From a virus, in the IMG/VR virus record IMGVR_UViG_3300044691_000347, positions 27,378-91,377 of that record: DNA of 64,000 nucleotides; one strand, written 5' to 3'. Of this stretch, positions 52,546-63,074 are shown one piece after another (positions within the stretch are counted from its first letter, which is position 1; each line of letters starts with the position of its first letter). Made by a program: the position numbers and the translations under genes. The notes under the pieces were generated by a model. The model did not search any database, was not told where the DNA came from, and worked only from the letters and a program-made list of their open reading frames with translations.

Positions 52546-54252
52546 CTAACGTCCAAGGACGCCTGTATCGTGCAGTCCGCTCATCACGTCGGAGAGCATG
52601 CTGAGGGCCATTTGCCCGCGGTCTTTGTTCTTAACTTTTTCGCCGATGGTGCATGACCATTCAGCGAATGATGTTTCGTCCCACGCCAACGTGAGCTCGC
52701 CGACCTGGTCGACATAGATGGTGTAGTCGGAAAATCCGAATTGGCTGGTAAAGTCTCCGAGGACTTGTGCGCCGATCCTGTCACCGAGGAAGAAATGCCC
52801 CTTCCCGTTGTCGCCAATAATCCACGGTGCACCGTCGCGCAGCTGTACTTCATGCGAGAACCACGACCGTGTGTCGTGGATGCCTTTACGTAGCGAGAGT
52901 AGTGCTTCCAAAGTGAATGCACGGTCGCTCGCGTTGGCCCGGTATTCGAACATCCGGATCCAGCCGGAATTGTCTTGACGTCCCGTTGAAAGGACGTGCA
53001 TCCAGGCCCCGAGCGTATCCCAATAAAGCGGCTGAAGAATTGCATCCAATTCCCCGCCAACGGGTGGCACAAAAACTGCGGCAGCGATAGCATCGCCGGC
53101 CATCTGAATTCCAGCTGACAGCAATTCATTCAAAAACGGGATGCTGTGACCGCCCGTGACAATCTGTACCGCGGTCCCATAGTTGAAGATGTACTTCGAC
53201 GACTCGATACCGGTCTCTTCACCCTCAAGGTACACCACGTAAGGGCATGTCTTGTCGGTGAGAAGCAGTCCGGGAATCTTGTAGGAGTCCGGTGCGGCAG
53301 GATCTACAACGAATTCTTCGGTTTCGTCGATGAAATCGTCTGCGATTTCCGCGAAGGTGCGTTCCAGGCCAAGGAAGGGATCGCCGCCATTCGAGGTATC
53401 CGTGTAGTAGCCGGACTTGTCTATGATGTCTACGACGAGCGTCAGATTGCGAAGCGTCTGGCCGTCGATCGGCTGCTCATCATCGGTTTCAATAAACCGT
53501 CTGACCTGCACCGAGAGTTGCGCATCGTCGAGGATGTCTTTCGACATGTCGACCCAATATTTGAACCGACTATTGGGGATAGACCAGAGTGTTCCCGCGT
53601 CCAAATCGTCGAGGAACGTGGTCGGTTTAACCACTACAGACCAGTTACTCATGCCAGGTGCGGAACCGCTTTGATCCATGGGATCGTCACTAAGATTCCA
53701 CAGGGAATCCTGCTCACGCATTACGTTCAAAAATAGCCCGGTTTTTAGCCCCCAAATTGAGGGGCCGGCCAGAAAGAAAACGCGCGGAAATTGTACGAGA
53801 TCCGGCAAAAACGGATTACACCAAACGAGATAATATTTAAGCATCTCGAAGTCGTGTATCCAGCGGACTACGAGGACGCGGGTACCGTCATCGCGTTTCT
53901 CTACTGAATGGTCATGAATGGTTCCCGACCAACGTGCGCCATCTTTATCGACGGTTATTACGACGTTACGTTTTTGGCCTGCCGCGATACGAACATCGAC
54001 TTGGTAAATCCATTTTGCCAATGGATCGGACAAGGGGATCTCGGTTTGACCCGTGCCGCTATCGTTGTCGATCCACGTGAAGGTGGCTGTCCACTCGGAG
54101 TTTAGGAGTCCTGCGAGATCGCCGTCGCCAGTCCAAATTCTTACAAGCGGAGGTTCGAGACGGGTTCGCGCGTCCTGCTTCTCGCGGGCGACCGTCGCAT
54201 CCCAGATAGCTTGGCATTGGTCTTGCAGGCTGAGAGTTGAAATATCTGGCAT
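52546..54252 (-). CDS. minor tail protein (Gp37/Tal-like baseplate hub)
   Basis: PPLVRIW, TVDKDGARWSG, NPFLP..QFP and GHFFLGDRIG motifs. Confidence 0.88.
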   Translation of the reverse strand: MPDISTLSLQDQCQAIWDATVAREKQDARTRLEPPLVRIWTGDGDLAGLLNSEWTATFTWIDNDSGTGQTEIPLSDPLAKWIYQVDVRIAAGQKRNVVITVDKDGARWSGTIHDHSVEKRDDGTRVLVVRWIHDFEMLKYYLVWCNPFLPDLVQFPRVFFLAGPSIWGLKTGLFLNVMREQDSLWNLSDDPMDQSGSAPGMSNWSVVVKPTTFLDDLDAGTLWSIPNSRFKYWVDMSKDILDDAQLSVQVRRFIETDDEQPIDGQTLRNLTLVVDIIDKSGYYTDTSNGGDPFLGLERTFAEIADDFIDETEEFVVDPAAPDSYKIPGLLLTDKTCPYVVYLEGEETGIESSKYIFNYGTAVQIVTGGHSIPFLNELLSAGIQMAGDAIAAAVFVPPVGGELDAILQPLYWDTLGAWMHVLSTGRQDNSGWIRMFEYRANASDRAFTLEALLSLRKGIHDTRSWFSHEVQLRDGAPWIIGDNGKGHFFLGDRIGAQVLGDFTSQFGFSDYTIYVDQVGELTLAWDETSFAEWSCTIGEKVKNKDRGQMALSMLSDVMSGLHDTGVLGR

Positions 54253-55179
54253 CTAGAACAACCCCCAAGGACGGGACCAACGCTGAGGGCAATAAACTTC
54301 CACCCGCGCGCCGCCACTAGGAGCGCCAACAACTTCGACGGGAATGTCTGTCGGCGGTGTGTAAGGTGGGATACGGTTCATGAAGAATATTCCGTTCATG
54401 AGGCCGATCAGGTTAGTGTTGTTGTAGTCTCGGATCATGATTTGCATCGGGTCGACATTGATGCGTGCGCCGCCATTGTCGGCGTCCAGCGGCGGCAGTG
54501 TGATTAGGCGGTCAGTCCAATCGCCGCCGGGGACGCGATGATACTTCTTCCCGGTCCACGAGAAATCGGGCAATGTCCACGTGCCTTGTGTGACGACCCA
54601 TTTCAAATACATGGGTTGATCGGTTGGGTTTGCGACCGTGACGAACCCGGACGATGTACCTGACGATCCGGTTTCGAAATAGTCGTAGGGCGCGGCTTCC
54701 CATTGGTCGATAAACCACATTGGCTGAGGTGCGGTGACCGTCATGGGTACGATCGCCGACTTGGTGAGGTGGGGATCGTTTTTCTGATCGAAATTGATTG
54801 AGTCGGTCATCGCCAGCCACAGCGACCGCGCGCCTGACCGGTCCGTGGTGATGCTCATCTTGGTTAGGTGCGCATCAGGATCCCACGGGTCAAGTTCGTA
54901 ATCCCAGGCTGCCCGCCACGACTCGTCACGGGCCTCCCAGTCTTCCGGGGTTTCACCACGAACATAGACGCCGAACGTCAGATCGCGCTGCTTGTACTGT
55001 TTGCCTTGGTAGGTGGAACCTTTTTGGTAGACCGAGGACTTGTACCTCGCGGTAACCGGCGCGTCGTAGATGCCCTTCACACTCGTTTGGAGTATGAGTT
55101 TGTCTGTCGCACCGGGTCCAGCGATTATGTTGTACGAGTCGTCGACGCCGAAGATTTCCACCTTCGCTGACTGACGCAC
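54253..55179 (-). CDS. distal tail protein
   Basis: Follows the tape measure gene; NPTDQPMYLKW, WTLPDFSW and IPPYTPP motifs. Confidence 0.85.
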   Translation of the reverse strand: MRQSAKVEIFGVDDSYNIIAGPGATDKLILQTSVKGIYDAPVTARYKSSVYQKGSTYQGKQYKQRDLTFGVYVRGETPEDWEARDESWRAAWDYELDPWDPDAHLTKMSITTDRSGARSLWLAMTDSINFDQKNDPHLTKSAIVPMTVTAPQPMWFIDQWEAAPYDYFETGSSGTSSGFVTVANPTDQPMYLKWVVTQGTWTLPDFSWTGKKYHRVPGGDWTDRLITLPPLDADNGGARINVDPMQIMIRDYNNTNLIGLMNGIFFMNRIPPYTPPTDIPVEVVGAPSGGARVEVYCPQRWSRPWGLF

Positions 55180-55181
55180 GT

Positions 55182-58100
55182 TTAGCCGTCCCTCGCGGTG
55201 ACACTGAGCGCCCGCAAATCAGAGATTTGCTGCGCTTTACGGAAGGCCGAATCGACGTCAGCCGTTTGGATGTTGATCGTCGTAGAGTTGTCGTTGTTGA
55301 CGACACCGCCTGCACTGCTCGTCTGTCCTGTAGCCGCTTCAGCGGTAGTGCCAGCGGTTGTTGGGACGCCCGTATAGCCTGTCTGGGCGAGCATCTGGGT
55401 GGCTTGTACACCCGCGGCTTTGGCTTGCTGCCACGCGGACAGCTGGTTGCCGTAGTCGGTAGCAGCACTGACGGCAGGGATACTGCGCGGGTCGGGGATG
55501 CCGAGTGGTCCGAGGTTGGCGCTGATCATGTCGTTCAGGCCGCTGTTGAATGCGTCCTTGAACCGGGAGACACCCTTCGCTGCCAGCGTTGCCCCAGTGT
55601 CCACACCAGGGTTAGCTAGTGCGTCTGTCGCGCCCGGGATGCCACTGAAGTTCGCATTCGGATCGACTGCTGGTCCCGGAATCGCGGGGTTGATGTCGTG
55701 CGGAAGGTTGCCGGCGAAGTCCTGAAATAGCTTCCACTGCGGATTAGTTAAGACCGCTTCGGGCAGACCGGACGTATTTATGCCGAGCGTGTTGTTTGGG
55801 AAGATTCCGCCCTGGTCGTACCAGTTATAGGACGCCCAGAATGCTTGGGCAGCTTTCGGATCACCATAGCGATCCTTGATATAGCGGGCCATGGCGTCGC
55901 CCTGGATCGCCGGATTGGGGTTGCTGTCCGGCAGATATTGATCCTTAGTGCTGCCCAAGAACTGGGCGATGCCGAACGCACCTGAGCTGGGATTGACCGC
56001 GGCCGGATTGAATCCAGATTCGTGTTGGATGATCCAAGAAGCAGCATTCCATTCCGCACCAGATCCCCACCCGTATTTAGCGAATGCCGACTGGACTTGG
56101 TCGACGACCGGGCCCGTGCCAGCAGCAGCTGTCGAACCTCCGCCGCCGATGTTTGTTTTGTCTTTGACGAAACCGATGGCACCGTCCACGACTTTGCTGA
56201 TCAGTGCGGACGGGATTTGACCGATCGCGCCCAAGTTGTCGAACGACGGAACCGTTTTGACCAGGTTCCGCAAGGGTGTCGCAAACACTTTGTCGATCAG
56301 GGCATTTTTGCCTGCGTTAACGACGTTGCCGAGCATTGAGCCGCCGTTGCCGCCGGACTTGTATTTGCCGATGAAGTCTTGCAACGTGTATTGCAGCCCG
56401 AACAGCTGATTGTCAGAGCCGCGTGCGTTGTCGCCGTACAGCACTCCGTCCCCGCCACGACTCTCCGCGTTAACACCGTTGAGGGTGCCCGCCATGTGCG
56501 AGTCTTCGCCGCCGCCGCCACGCATGATGCCGACCGTGACCGGGCCCGTCAGGCCCGGAGTCCACCCCATCGACGGGAAATCGGATTCAGTCGTGAACAG
56601 GCGAGGTGTGGTCGGCGAATTGCCTTGCAACACATTGACAATGCCCGACCAGAGACCCGAGCAATCCCACGACGGATCGCCGACACCGCCATACTGGTAC
56701 GGCTTGCCAGCTTGACTCTCCGCGAACTGCTGGGCCTTGTCGATAGCGTCATTGACTGCACCGCCCGTAGCCATCGCGACGCGCCCGGAGAACATACCTT
56801 CGGTGGGTGCCGACCCCTGTAACGCGGCATTGTTGTAGGCGAGCAGGTTGGATTCGCCGGCCGCCCGCACGGCGGGTACGGACATGACGACTTCGCCGGG
56901 CATGAGTAGCCCTTGTACGGAGTCCTTGCCTGGTGTGCCGCCGGAGACGAGGCCACCGGTTGCGAATGTGCCGTCTCCGCCGCCTCCGCCATTTGCGGAG
57001 GGTCCGAAGAAGGCGTCGCCTCCTCCACCACCGTTAGCTGTCGGCGCGGCTTGCGCACCGACGTGCGGGATGACTGTCCAAGTATTCGGCAAGCCAATAA
57101 AGCTGGCAGCTTTATTCCATAGCGCGCCAAATTCGTTTAGGACGTCGATCACGGCATTTACGGGACCGGTCAGTTTGCTGCCGAGGTTGCCCCAGGATGC
57201 GCCGACATCGGATACGATTTGACCGAAGAAGGCAGGTAGCCCTTTGAAGGCGCCCGTGAATTTGTCGAATGCGTTGGAAGCGTCGGTTGCGAGTTGGAGC
57301 CACCAACCTTTAATGTCGCCAACCCAACTGGCGACAGTTTTTCTAGTGTCACTGAGCACGCCGTCGAAGCTTTGCTTCACTCCAGTAGACCAGATACCGA
57401 CATCGGCTGCCGCACCGGTCAAACCGGTCTTGATGTCGTTCCACCAGTCTTTCAGCTGACCTTTTTCGCCCATCAAGATCGTATCGAACGGGGTCTGACC
57501 CGGGAGTGTGGGGATCTCGGAATCGTTCATGAAGTTGTAGGCACCGTTGAGGGCACCGCCGCCGGGTCTTGGGGCGTTTGCCTCTGTCTCGGCCGCAGTG
57601 GGGCCAGAGCCGGCAACTGACTTGATCCCCTTCGCTATACCCGCCGCGTCTTTGATGGCACCCGCAATGTCTTCGACGATCTGTTTTACGTTGTTGAAGA
57701 AATCTTGGATCTTCTTTTGGCCTTCGGGGGTGCCGAGAAAGTCAGCCCACTTTTTTGCGCCGTCAGTGAGCGACTGCACCCACGATTTGCCGGTTGGATC
57801 GGAACCCGAGAAGACGGATCCGATAAGGCGTCCGATCTGGGTGAGGAGGTCAGAGATTTGACCGAACGCGGTCAGGGAGCGTTGAATGAAATCGTGGAAT
57901 GCGGTTTGCCCCTCGGGAGACTGCGCCCAAGTACGGAACTTTTCAGTCAGGCCAAGGAAACTGTTCGACAGTCCGGGAAGGAAACTCGATCCGACACCGG
58001 TCAGCGACAGCAGTCCTTGAACAAGATTGTCGATACCTTGAATAACCGGAACGATCGACGCTTTGATATTGTCAAATATTCCGCTAACCGTCGACCGGTT

Positions 58101-60182
58101 CGCATCGTTATCTAGATCGGCGAGTGCGCCCCGAACGCCAGTGTTAATTTCGGTGGCGATCCCGGTGAAGCCGTCCTTCAGCGACGGCAACCAATGAGTG
58201 ATGAAAGTGGATGCGGAATCACCAAGCTTATCGAACAAGCCTTCTTGAATAGACTTTTTGAAATCAGAAAGTTGCGGTTTCAAGTCAAGCAGCTTTTGCA
58301 CGAAGTCTTGCGCAGCCGGTGCCAGACCAGCCATCGCCTTCTGATAGGCGGTGACGGACGGCAACCCCTTCGTCATTTCATCGGCGACAGCCTTCTCCGA
58401 CGCAACAAGATTCGTTTGCGCAGTCACCAAACTGGTTTGCGCATCAACCACGGCCTGCTGCGCTTTAGTTTCACCTTCAGCGGCCTTTTGGACACGGTCC
58501 TTCGCTGCAACAACACCGTCGGATCCCTCGACACCCCTAGCGTTGGCGTCGTTGGCGTCTTGCTGTGTGCGCGTCACCTTCGTGTTGACGTCTTGCTGAT
58601 CAGCCAACGCCTCATTCAAACGATGCTGTGCACTGGCCCGGTCGATCGCGTCTGCATTCGGGTCAGAAAGAGTCTTCACCAGGTCGCGTTGCGCTTCAGC
58701 GACACTGATAGCCGCGCCCTCTTCATCAAGCTTCGAACGCCCGAGTTCCGTGTTCAGGTCCTGCAACTGCCGGGTTGCGTCCTTACGGGCTGTAGTGAGG
58801 TCGCGTTGCGCCGACGCCGACTCACGTTGGGCGTCACCCACGCCACGCTCAGCCTCAACAACATTCTGTTGGGCAGACCCGACAGCCTGAGCGGCAGTCG
58901 CCTCGTCCTTCTGAGCGGACGCAATAGCCTTCGCTTGGTCCTGGGCTTCCTTCCCGGAATCAGACGCCATCTTCCCGGCAGCCTTGAACGCGTCGCTGAC
59001 TCCGCTGACCCCGATTTTTAGGGTGGCGAAGACGGCGACAGCGCCAGCCACAGCAGCCGGCAGAAGCGCTACAACACCCGCGGCCTGTACGAGCTGCCCG
59101 ATCAACGGGACAAGACTGACCGCGGCGAGTCCGACGAGGGCGGCCTGTGCGAGACCGAGCACGTTCGATAATGAAAATGCGCTGGTCGCAGCATTTTTCA
59201 AGCCATCGAGTGCAGCTGACGTTAATCCGGTGAATGCGGCGCTGACAACGCTTCCGGCAGAACTGCGACCGTTGTTAGGCTTGATGGCTCGCGCTGCACG
59301 GTCCGCATCCGACGACAGGGACTCGACATGCGAGGTTGAGGTAGAAAGATCGCGGCGCGCCTTGGCGAGTGACTGTGTGACCGAGAGTCGCCGAGACTCG
59401 GAGACGCCAGATTTCGCCATCGTCTCCGAGTAGCGAGCTTCAGCAATATTTAGTTTGTCGGTGGCGTCTGCTTGCGTTTGCCGGGCAGCAGTTAGTTTTG
59501 CCCCGATGGCCGCGACATCCGCTTCAGCCTTCGCGGCAGAAGCCTTGTCGATCTGCACCTGGAGTTTCACGGCCTGGACGGGGCGGGTGAAGATGTTGCC
59601 GGTCAGTTTCTTCGCGGCCGACGATGATGAGCTGACTGAACCGTTAGAGGCGTTGATACTGTCGCCAGCCGATGCAGCCAGAGACCGCAGTGCAGCTATC
59701 TGCGCCATAGCGGTCTTAGAGTCAATATTGACGCTCATAGACAGCGGGCTAGCAGACACCAGGGTCCGGAACTGTTCCAGCTGCCTAGTCGCACCCGATA
59801 AATCGAGTTTCAACTTCAGGTCGGGGAGATCTTGTGTGCCTGCTTTGATCTGCGACTTGATTCCGCGTGTCGAAGCCTTGACTTCGACTGTGGCATTGAC
59901 GCCAGCCGCAGCTTTCTTGACCTGGCTTTCCAGGTCGGCACGGAACCCGACCCCGAGCTTCGCACTCACACTAACTTTTGCGTCGACACCGTCAGCGGCA
60001 GTCTTCACTAGGCTCGCGACCTGGGTTTTGAATCCGGTCGCAAGCTGAGGTTTCAGCGAGATAGAAAGCGATTCATTGATCGGAGCAAGAAGTTTCTTGA
60101 CCTGCGCAGTAAAGTCGGCAGCTAGCTTTGGGCTCAAAAATAGCTTAGCCGTACCCGCGGTGTAATCCGTGCTCACGATCAC
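55182..60182 (-). CDS. tape measure protein with NlpC/P60-like and lytic transglycosylase domains
   Basis: 1666 aa, Ala-rich; PYQYGG...DCSG...H; HESGFNPAAVNPSSGAFGIAQF. Confidence 0.95.
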   Translation of the reverse strand: MIVSTDYTAGTAKLFLSPKLAADFTAQVKKLLAPINESLSISLKPQLATGFKTQVASLVKTAADGVDAKVSVSAKLGVGFRADLESQVKKAAAGVNATVEVKASTRGIKSQIKAGTQDLPDLKLKLDLSGATRQLEQFRTLVSASPLSMSVNIDSKTAMAQIAALRSLAASAGDSINASNGSVSSSSSAAKKLTGNIFTRPVQAVKLQVQIDKASAAKAEADVAAIGAKLTAARQTQADATDKLNIAEARYSETMAKSGVSESRRLSVTQSLAKARRDLSTSTSHVESLSSDADRAARAIKPNNGRSSAGSVVSAAFTGLTSAALDGLKNAATSAFSLSNVLGLAQAALVGLAAVSLVPLIGQLVQAAGVVALLPAAVAGAVAVFATLKIGVSGVSDAFKAAGKMASDSGKEAQDQAKAIASAQKDEATAAQAVGSAQQNVVEAERGVGDAQRESASAQRDLTTARKDATRQLQDLNTELGRSKLDEEGAAISVAEAQRDLVKTLSDPNADAIDRASAQHRLNEALADQQDVNTKVTRTQQDANDANARGVEGSDGVVAAKDRVQKAAEGETKAQQAVVDAQTSLVTAQTNLVASEKAVADEMTKGLPSVTAYQKAMAGLAPAAQDFVQKLLDLKPQLSDFKKSIQEGLFDKLGDSASTFITHWLPSLKDGFTGIATEINTGVRGALADLDNDANRSTVSGIFDNIKASIVPVIQGIDNLVQGLLSLTGVGSSFLPGLSNSFLGLTEKFRTWAQSPEGQTAFHDFIQRSLTAFGQISDLLTQIGRLIGSVFSGSDPTGKSWVQSLTDGAKKWADFLGTPEGQKKIQDFFNNVKQIVEDIAGAIKDAAGIAKGIKSVAGSGPTAAETEANAPRPGGGALNGAYNFMNDSEIPTLPGQTPFDTILMGEKGQLKDWWNDIKTGLTGAAADVGIWSTGVKQSFDGVLSDTRKTVASWVGDIKGWWLQLATDASNAFDKFTGAFKGLPAFFGQIVSDVGASWGNLGSKLTGPVNAVIDVLNEFGALWNKAASFIGLPNTWTVIPHVGAQAAPTANGGGGGDAFFGPSANGGGGGDGTFATGGLVSGGTPGKDSVQGLLMPGEVVMSVPAVRAAGESNLLAYNNAALQGSAPTEGMFSGRVAMATGGAVNDAIDKAQQFAESQAGKPYQYGGVGDPSWDCSGLWSGIVNVLQGNSPTTPRLFTTESDFPSMGWTPGLTGPVTVGIMRGGGGEDSHMAGTLNGVNAESRGGDGVLYGDNARGSDNQLFGLQYTLQDFIGKYKSGGNGGSMLGNVVNAGKNALIDKVFATPLRNLVKTVPSFDNLGAIGQIPSALISKVVDGAIGFVKDKTNIGGGGSTAAAGTGPVVDQVQSAFAKYGWGSGAEWNAASWIIQHESGFNPAAVNPSSGAFGIAQFLGSTKDQYLPDSNPNPAIQGDAMARYIKDRYGDPKAAQAFWASYNWYDQGGIFPNNTLGINTSGLPEAVLTNPQWKLFQDFAGNLPHDINPAIPGPAVDPNANFSGIPGATDALANPGVDTGATLAAKGVSRFKDAFNSGLNDMISANLGPLGIPDPRSIPAVSAATDYGNQLSAWQQAKAAGVQATQMLAQTGYTGVPTTAGTTAEAATGQTSSAGGVVNNDNSTTINIQTADVDSAFRKAQQISDLRALSVTARDG

Positions 60183-60193
60183 CGCCTGTACAG

Positions 60194-60652
60194 TTAGAGT
60201 TTAATGCCCATCGCCGCGAGGGCGTCCCGAACGTTTTCGGTGTCCATCTCATCCCGGATACGCTGTTCAGCTGTTTGCGGGCGAGGCTCGGGCGGGAAAG
60301 GTGGCGGCATTTTGCCGCTGAAGGATGCCGGGATGACCCGCATCAGTTCCTTCAGCAAATCAATCTGCCTGAGCTGCAAAAGGATCGGCAGCGAATAGCC
60401 GTACGGCGACAGTTTCGCTCTATCCTTCGATAGAGGCTTCGCCGCGCGTTCACGCCCGATCTCCTCGTCCATCAACACCGCGGACTGATACCAGCTGTCC
60501 ATAGGGAGTCGCCGCAACAGCCGATACAGCTGCTGCCACGGTCGAACGCCCCGGAAAAAGTCGAGCAGATCCCAGCCGTACCGTTCGGCTAGGTCTGCCT
60601 CGATGTCGTCCCCGTGCTCCTCAATAAGAAGCACGAGGGCTAGACGCCCCCC
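60194..60652 (-). CDS. tail assembly chaperone, -1 frameshift extension
   Basis: LIEEHGDDIEADL...LRRLP in the -1 frame; no good independent start. Confidence 0.75.
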   Translation of the reverse strand, partial: GGRLALVLLIEEHGDDIEADLAERYGWDLLDFFRGVRPWQQLYRLLRRLPMDSWYQSAVLMDEEIGRERAAKPLSKDRAKLSPYGYSLPILLQLRQIDLLKELMRVIPASFSGKMPPPFPPEPRPQTAEQRIRDEMDTENVRDALAAMGIKL

Positions 60653-61071
60653 GGAAGATCGTCGCCCTCCGCACCGGGAACAGTGTTGAAATGCTCCTGA
60701 ATATCGTTGATCAACAGCATCAACACCGGCGCCGGCTCGTCCTTGACGACGTTCCACACCGCCGGATAGCCGTCCCCGCACACAGCAGCGAAAAGTTTGC
60801 GGAGGCTCCCGAAATCGAAGCCTCCGTTGCGATCGACAAGTTCAGCGACGGCAGTCACACGCTCGACGGTGTCCGGTGCGGTGATCGGGGTCGGCGGCTC
60901 GGTCCCGTCGAACTCGTACGGCTCACGCGGCTTGTGCTCGGCGCGGGCCTGGTCGCGGAGGCTAGCCCAACGCGACTGCTTCGGCTCGACAGCCTCTACA
61001 AGCTCGACAGCCTTGACGGCCTTGACGGCAGGAGCGGTGGTCTTGCGGGAGGGGGTGGCAGCAGTAGCCAT
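60640..61071 (-). CDS. tail assembly chaperone
   Basis: Between the major tail and tape measure genes; ends at G GGG GGC. Confidence 0.8.
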   Translation of the reverse strand: MATAATPSRKTTAPAVKAVKAVELVEAVEPKQSRWASLRDQARAEHKPREPYEFDGTEPPTPITAPDTVERVTAVAELVDRNGGFDFGSLRKLFAAVCGDGYPAVWNVVKDEPAPVLMLLINDIQEHFNTVPGAEGDDLPGGV

Positions 61072-61098
61072 GGTGTGCGTTCTCCTGGCGAGAAGTTG

Positions 61099-61308
61099 TT
61101 ACTTGGTTTCGGGGTGCGGCTCAACGACGACGGCCGGGGTGCGTTGCTGCACACGCTTTTCGGGCGCGCGCTTCACGGGCTCCGACTTGACGGGCTCGGG
61201 TGCGGCGGCCGTGTAGCCGCGGTGGGTCAGGTGCTCACGCTCGGTGGCGGAGCCAACAAGCACGGCGACGCCATCGGGCGACACCATGCGAGTAGGGGTG
61301 AAAGACAT
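61099..61308 (-). CDS. small hypothetical protein
   Basis: MVSPDG...SATEREHL...GY. Confidence 0.65.
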   Translation of the reverse strand: MSFTPTRMVSPDGVAVLVGSATEREHLTHRGYTAAAPEPVKSEPVKRAPEKRVQQRTPAVVVEPHPETK

Positions 61309-61400
61309 CGGGTTCTCCCGGCTGTCCTGGCTGGGAAGGGTTGAACCGTCCCCGTGCGCGGCCAGGAATCACGCACGGGGCGGAGATCAAGAACGCCTGA

Positions 61401-62315
61401 TTAGGCGTAGGTGACGGCGAGCGGGGCTGAAGCGCCGGTGGCGTTGGTGACCACCAGATTCACGCTGCCCGCAGTCTTGGCGGGGGTGATGATCGCAAGG
61501 GTGTTGTCGTCGATCACGTCGTAGTGGGTCGCGGCCGTGCCGCCGAGCGTGACAGCCGTTGCGCCGGTGAAGTACTGGCCTGCCACGACACGCAGGTCAC
61601 CGCCAGCGGTGCCGAAGCTGCCGGCGGGGGTGACGCCCGAGATCAGGGGAACAGACGGGACAGCGGTGAAGCCCATGGCGGTGATGATGTCGGCGAGGCC
61701 GGGACCGCAGATCACGTTTTTCAGCGAGTAGCCGAGATCCGGATCAATTTTGGCGTTGGCGGTCATGTTGTAGGCCAGCGCCTGCTCCTGCGACCAGGAC
61801 TGCTCGGCAACCTCGGTGATGGTGGCGCGCGGCAGGATCCGAAGAATGGTGATCTGCTGGGCGCCGGAGCCGTCGACCATACCGAAAATGTAGCGATTGT
61901 AAATGGTGTCTGGAGTGGTTGGGTCGTTGAACTGGATTTCGTTGGTGGTGCCGTCAGGCGAGATCGCCGACAGGTCCACACCAGAATACAACTCTAGGTT
62001 AGCTCGCTTAGTTTCCTGCGACGTGAAAGTCACGGTCAGGTTGCGGGTGATGATATCGGTTCGAGTTGCTTCGAGGGCACCCCACGACTCGATATCATTC
62101 GACTTGATATCGGGCTTGAAAGACGGGGGCGCATCCTTAGCGATCAAACCCAGCGACTCAAAGCCAGTGAGCGCCTGAAAATCGGCGCTAGCGCCAGTAG
62201 TGAACGCAGCCGGAATCGACACGGTCATCGGGGCGACAAGAATGAAACCCTTGTTTGGCCGCCGAATAAGCCCCGGATTCCAGTTAGCAATTTCCTCGTA
62301 AGTGACAGCAGTCAT
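61401..62315 (-). CDS. major tail protein with a C-terminal IPT/TIG Ig-like domain
   Basis: IESWG..EATRTDI; ISGVTP...GG...GQYFTGATAV.LGG. Confidence 0.9.
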   Translation of the reverse strand: MTAVTYEEIANWNPGLIRRPNKGFILVAPMTVSIPAAFTTGASADFQALTGFESLGLIAKDAPPSFKPDIKSNDIESWGALEATRTDIITRNLTVTFTSQETKRANLELYSGVDLSAISPDGTTNEIQFNDPTTPDTIYNRYIFGMVDGSGAQQITILRILPRATITEVAEQSWSQEQALAYNMTANAKIDPDLGYSLKNVICGPGLADIITAMGFTAVPSVPLISGVTPAGSFGTAGGDLRVVAGQYFTGATAVTLGGTAATHYDVIDDNTLAIITPAKTAGSVNLVVTNATGASAPLAVTYA

Positions 62316-62393
62316 GTATGTAGTCCTTGTGAAGGCACACCTAGAAACCCGCACTCAAGACAGAGATCGGGTGGTGTGGGAAAGAGATGCGGA

Positions 62394-62771
62394 TTAGGAC
62401 CGGGCGCGGCGGTACGACAGTTTTATAGTCTCGGTGACACCACGATGGTCACGCCGATATGGCGGGATGTAGAGGCCGCCCGCTGATTCGTCGGCCGTGT
62501 CGATCAGATAACCGCCAGGCGACGTGTTTCCTGCAAACCGGATCCGTTCCTGACCTGTTTCGGCGAGCGTCTTCGACGCATCCCGGGTCGCTGCAACATA
62601 TTGGATGTCGATCAGCGGATTGTCTTTTATGCCATCCTCTTTGCCGCCTACACGGTTGACGAGGATATATGGGTCCGGGGTATTGTCATCTACATAGGTG
62701 ACGACGGCCGCGAGATCACCAAGCAACGCTCGCAGGACTTCATCGAATTTCGGGTACGGCGGAAAAGTCAT
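62394..62771 (-). CDS. tail terminator
   Basis: PYILVNRVGG; position upstream of the major tail gene. Confidence 0.75.
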   Translation of the reverse strand: MTFPPYPKFDEVLRALLGDLAAVVTYVDDNTPDPYILVNRVGGKEDGIKDNPLIDIQYVAATRDASKTLAETGQERIRFAGNTSPGGYLIDTADESAGGLYIPPYRRDHRGVTETIKLSYRRARS

Positions 62772-62777
62772 CCCCCA

Positions 62778-63074
62778 CTACCCTTCAATTTCGTCCATGA
62801 AATCATGAAGCACATGTTCCGGCTGATTGTATCTAGTACCGGCTTCGCGGTATTCGGCGTAATATCCGAACGCATCGACAACACCCTCTAGATAGCCAGA
62901 ATCATCGGTGTCGACCTCAGCACGAACATGGGTAGCGTTAAACCCGGTCCTCCAACGGGAACGGGTCGTCCACCGGTCCGCGCCCTGCTCCGCAACCTCC
63001 ATCAGGAAATCATGCAGTTCGGGGCTGGAGCGCAGAAGCAGGTCGAGATCGTTGTTAGAGCCGTCGTAATCCAC
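62778..63074 (-). CDS. neck protein (HK97 gp10-like)
   Basis: RTG...YAEYREAGT motif; position. Confidence 0.7.
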   Translation of the reverse strand: MDYDGSNNDLDLLLRSSPELHDFLMEVAEQGADRWTTRSRWRTGFNATHVRAEVDTDDSGYLEGVVDAFGYYAEYREAGTRYNQPEHVLHDFMDEIEG

